From the NCBI GenBank assembly GCA_964392865.1, contig CAYMRJ010000003.1, positions 24,591-88,590 of the forward strand: DNA of 64,000 bases, written 5' to 3'. A program made the position numbers and the translations under genes. This document shows, in pieces, positions 63,494-64,000 of this stretch. The number at the start of each line of letters is the position of its first letter. Position 1 is the stretch's first letter. Origin of the DNA: an uncultured Staphylococcaceae bacterium. GTDB taxonomy: Bacteria; Bacillota_I; Bacilli_A; RFN20; CAG-826. The notes beneath the pieces were generated by a model. It did not search any database. It had not been told where the DNA came from and saw only the letters and a program-made list of their open reading frames with translations.

Positions 63494-64000
63494 TCACTCG
63501 CCTTCGGCGGCTTGCGAGATTTCCTGGCTCTTCTGGGCCTGGGCCAATATGGCGATGTCCGGAAGGGGCTCTTCGGCGGCGGCCAGGACGGTTTTCTTCT
63601 GCAATGCGCAATAGTAAAAGGAAGTATCGAGGTCTTCGAAGGGGAAGGCCTGCCTTTCTTCGATGTAGTGGAATTCGGGATGGTCGGCAAGGAAGGCGGA
63701 GATGAGGTTATGCCCTTCTTTCTTGGAAATGGTGTAGACCATGTAGACCAAGACGCCGTCTTCGGCCACGTGCTTGGCGCAGCCTTCGAGCATTTCCTTC
63801 TGCTCGAGGTAGATCTTGTCGAGTTCCCCGACCGAGTAGTGGAGGAGGAAATCCGGGGTTTCGCGGATGTTGTCGAATGAAGAGCTATTGGGCACGCAGA
63901 AGACGAGATCCTGCGGCTGGCTGATGGCGGCTTCCATGGCCGTCGGATCGGCCGAGAAGAAATTGACGTTCTTGAGGTTCTTGCTCCTAAGAAGTCTCGT
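63494..64000 (-). CDS. RsmB/Sun-position RNA m5C-methyltransferase homologue, C-terminal part (continues past window end), catalytic cysteines absent
   Basis: The frame stays open to the window edge (TRLLRSKNLKNVNFFSADPTAMEAAIS...). It aligns by eye to RsmB motifs IV-VI. It lies upstream of rlmN, as sun/rsmB does in Firmicutes. Confidence 0.6.
   Translation of the reverse strand, partial: TRLLRSKNLKNVNFFSADPTAMEAAISQPQDLVFCVPNSSSFDNIRETPDFLLHYSVGELDKIYLEQKEMLEGCAKHVAEDGVLVYMVYTISKKEGHNLISAFLADHPEFHYIEERQAFPFEDLDTSFYYCALQKKTVLAAAEEPLPDIAILAQAQKSQEISQAAEGE

Overview
Dense, compact chromosomal segment of a Bacillota (Firmicutes)-type bacterium with strong G/C third-position bias. About 60 protein genes are supported. 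I found no rRNA, tRNA, CRISPR array, transposase, integrase or phage genes. Most of the window is housekeeping. Its gene order recalls, from memory, the Bacillus subtilis 'yt' and 'ylo' regions: ackA, nrnA, dnaE, polA-mutM-coaE, dnaB-dnaI, pfkA-pyk, thrS, infC-rpmI-rplT, thiI-nifZ-ezrA, rpsD, tyrS, trmB, pepV, leuS and rsmB-rlmN-stp-prkC-rpe-rpmB. groESL and glgCDA are also present. Many genes overlap or abut, and one run of 10 minus-strand genes has no gap above 3 nt. Cis-elements visible by eye are a T-box before thrS, an L20-leader-like attenuator before an ATC-initiated infC, a structured rpsD leader, a CIRCE operator on groES, and GGGCCC-type intrinsic terminators. Best candidate for something undescribed: an ECF-like sigma factor translationally coupled to a single-pass membrane protein whose whole extracytoplasmic part is a serpin fold (3471-5479), possibly a protease-sensing anti-sigma factor. 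Other items worth follow-up: (1) a G8 tract just after the lipobox of an 874-aa BspA-like LRR lipoprotein, a possible phase switch; (2) a surface-protein islet with a membrane-tethered XRE regulator and three palindromic operators; (3) seven or eight genes, including tyrS, with a -10 box 5-10 nt from the start codon and no Shine-Dalgarno, suggesting leaderless mRNAs; (4) an MGMT homologue with active-site Cys replaced by Thr; (5) an RsmB-position methyltransferase lacking both catalytic cysteines; (6) a PrkC-like kinase with no TM or PASTA region; (7) an Fpg-CoaE fusion. All family calls come from motif recognition by eye, with no searches run.
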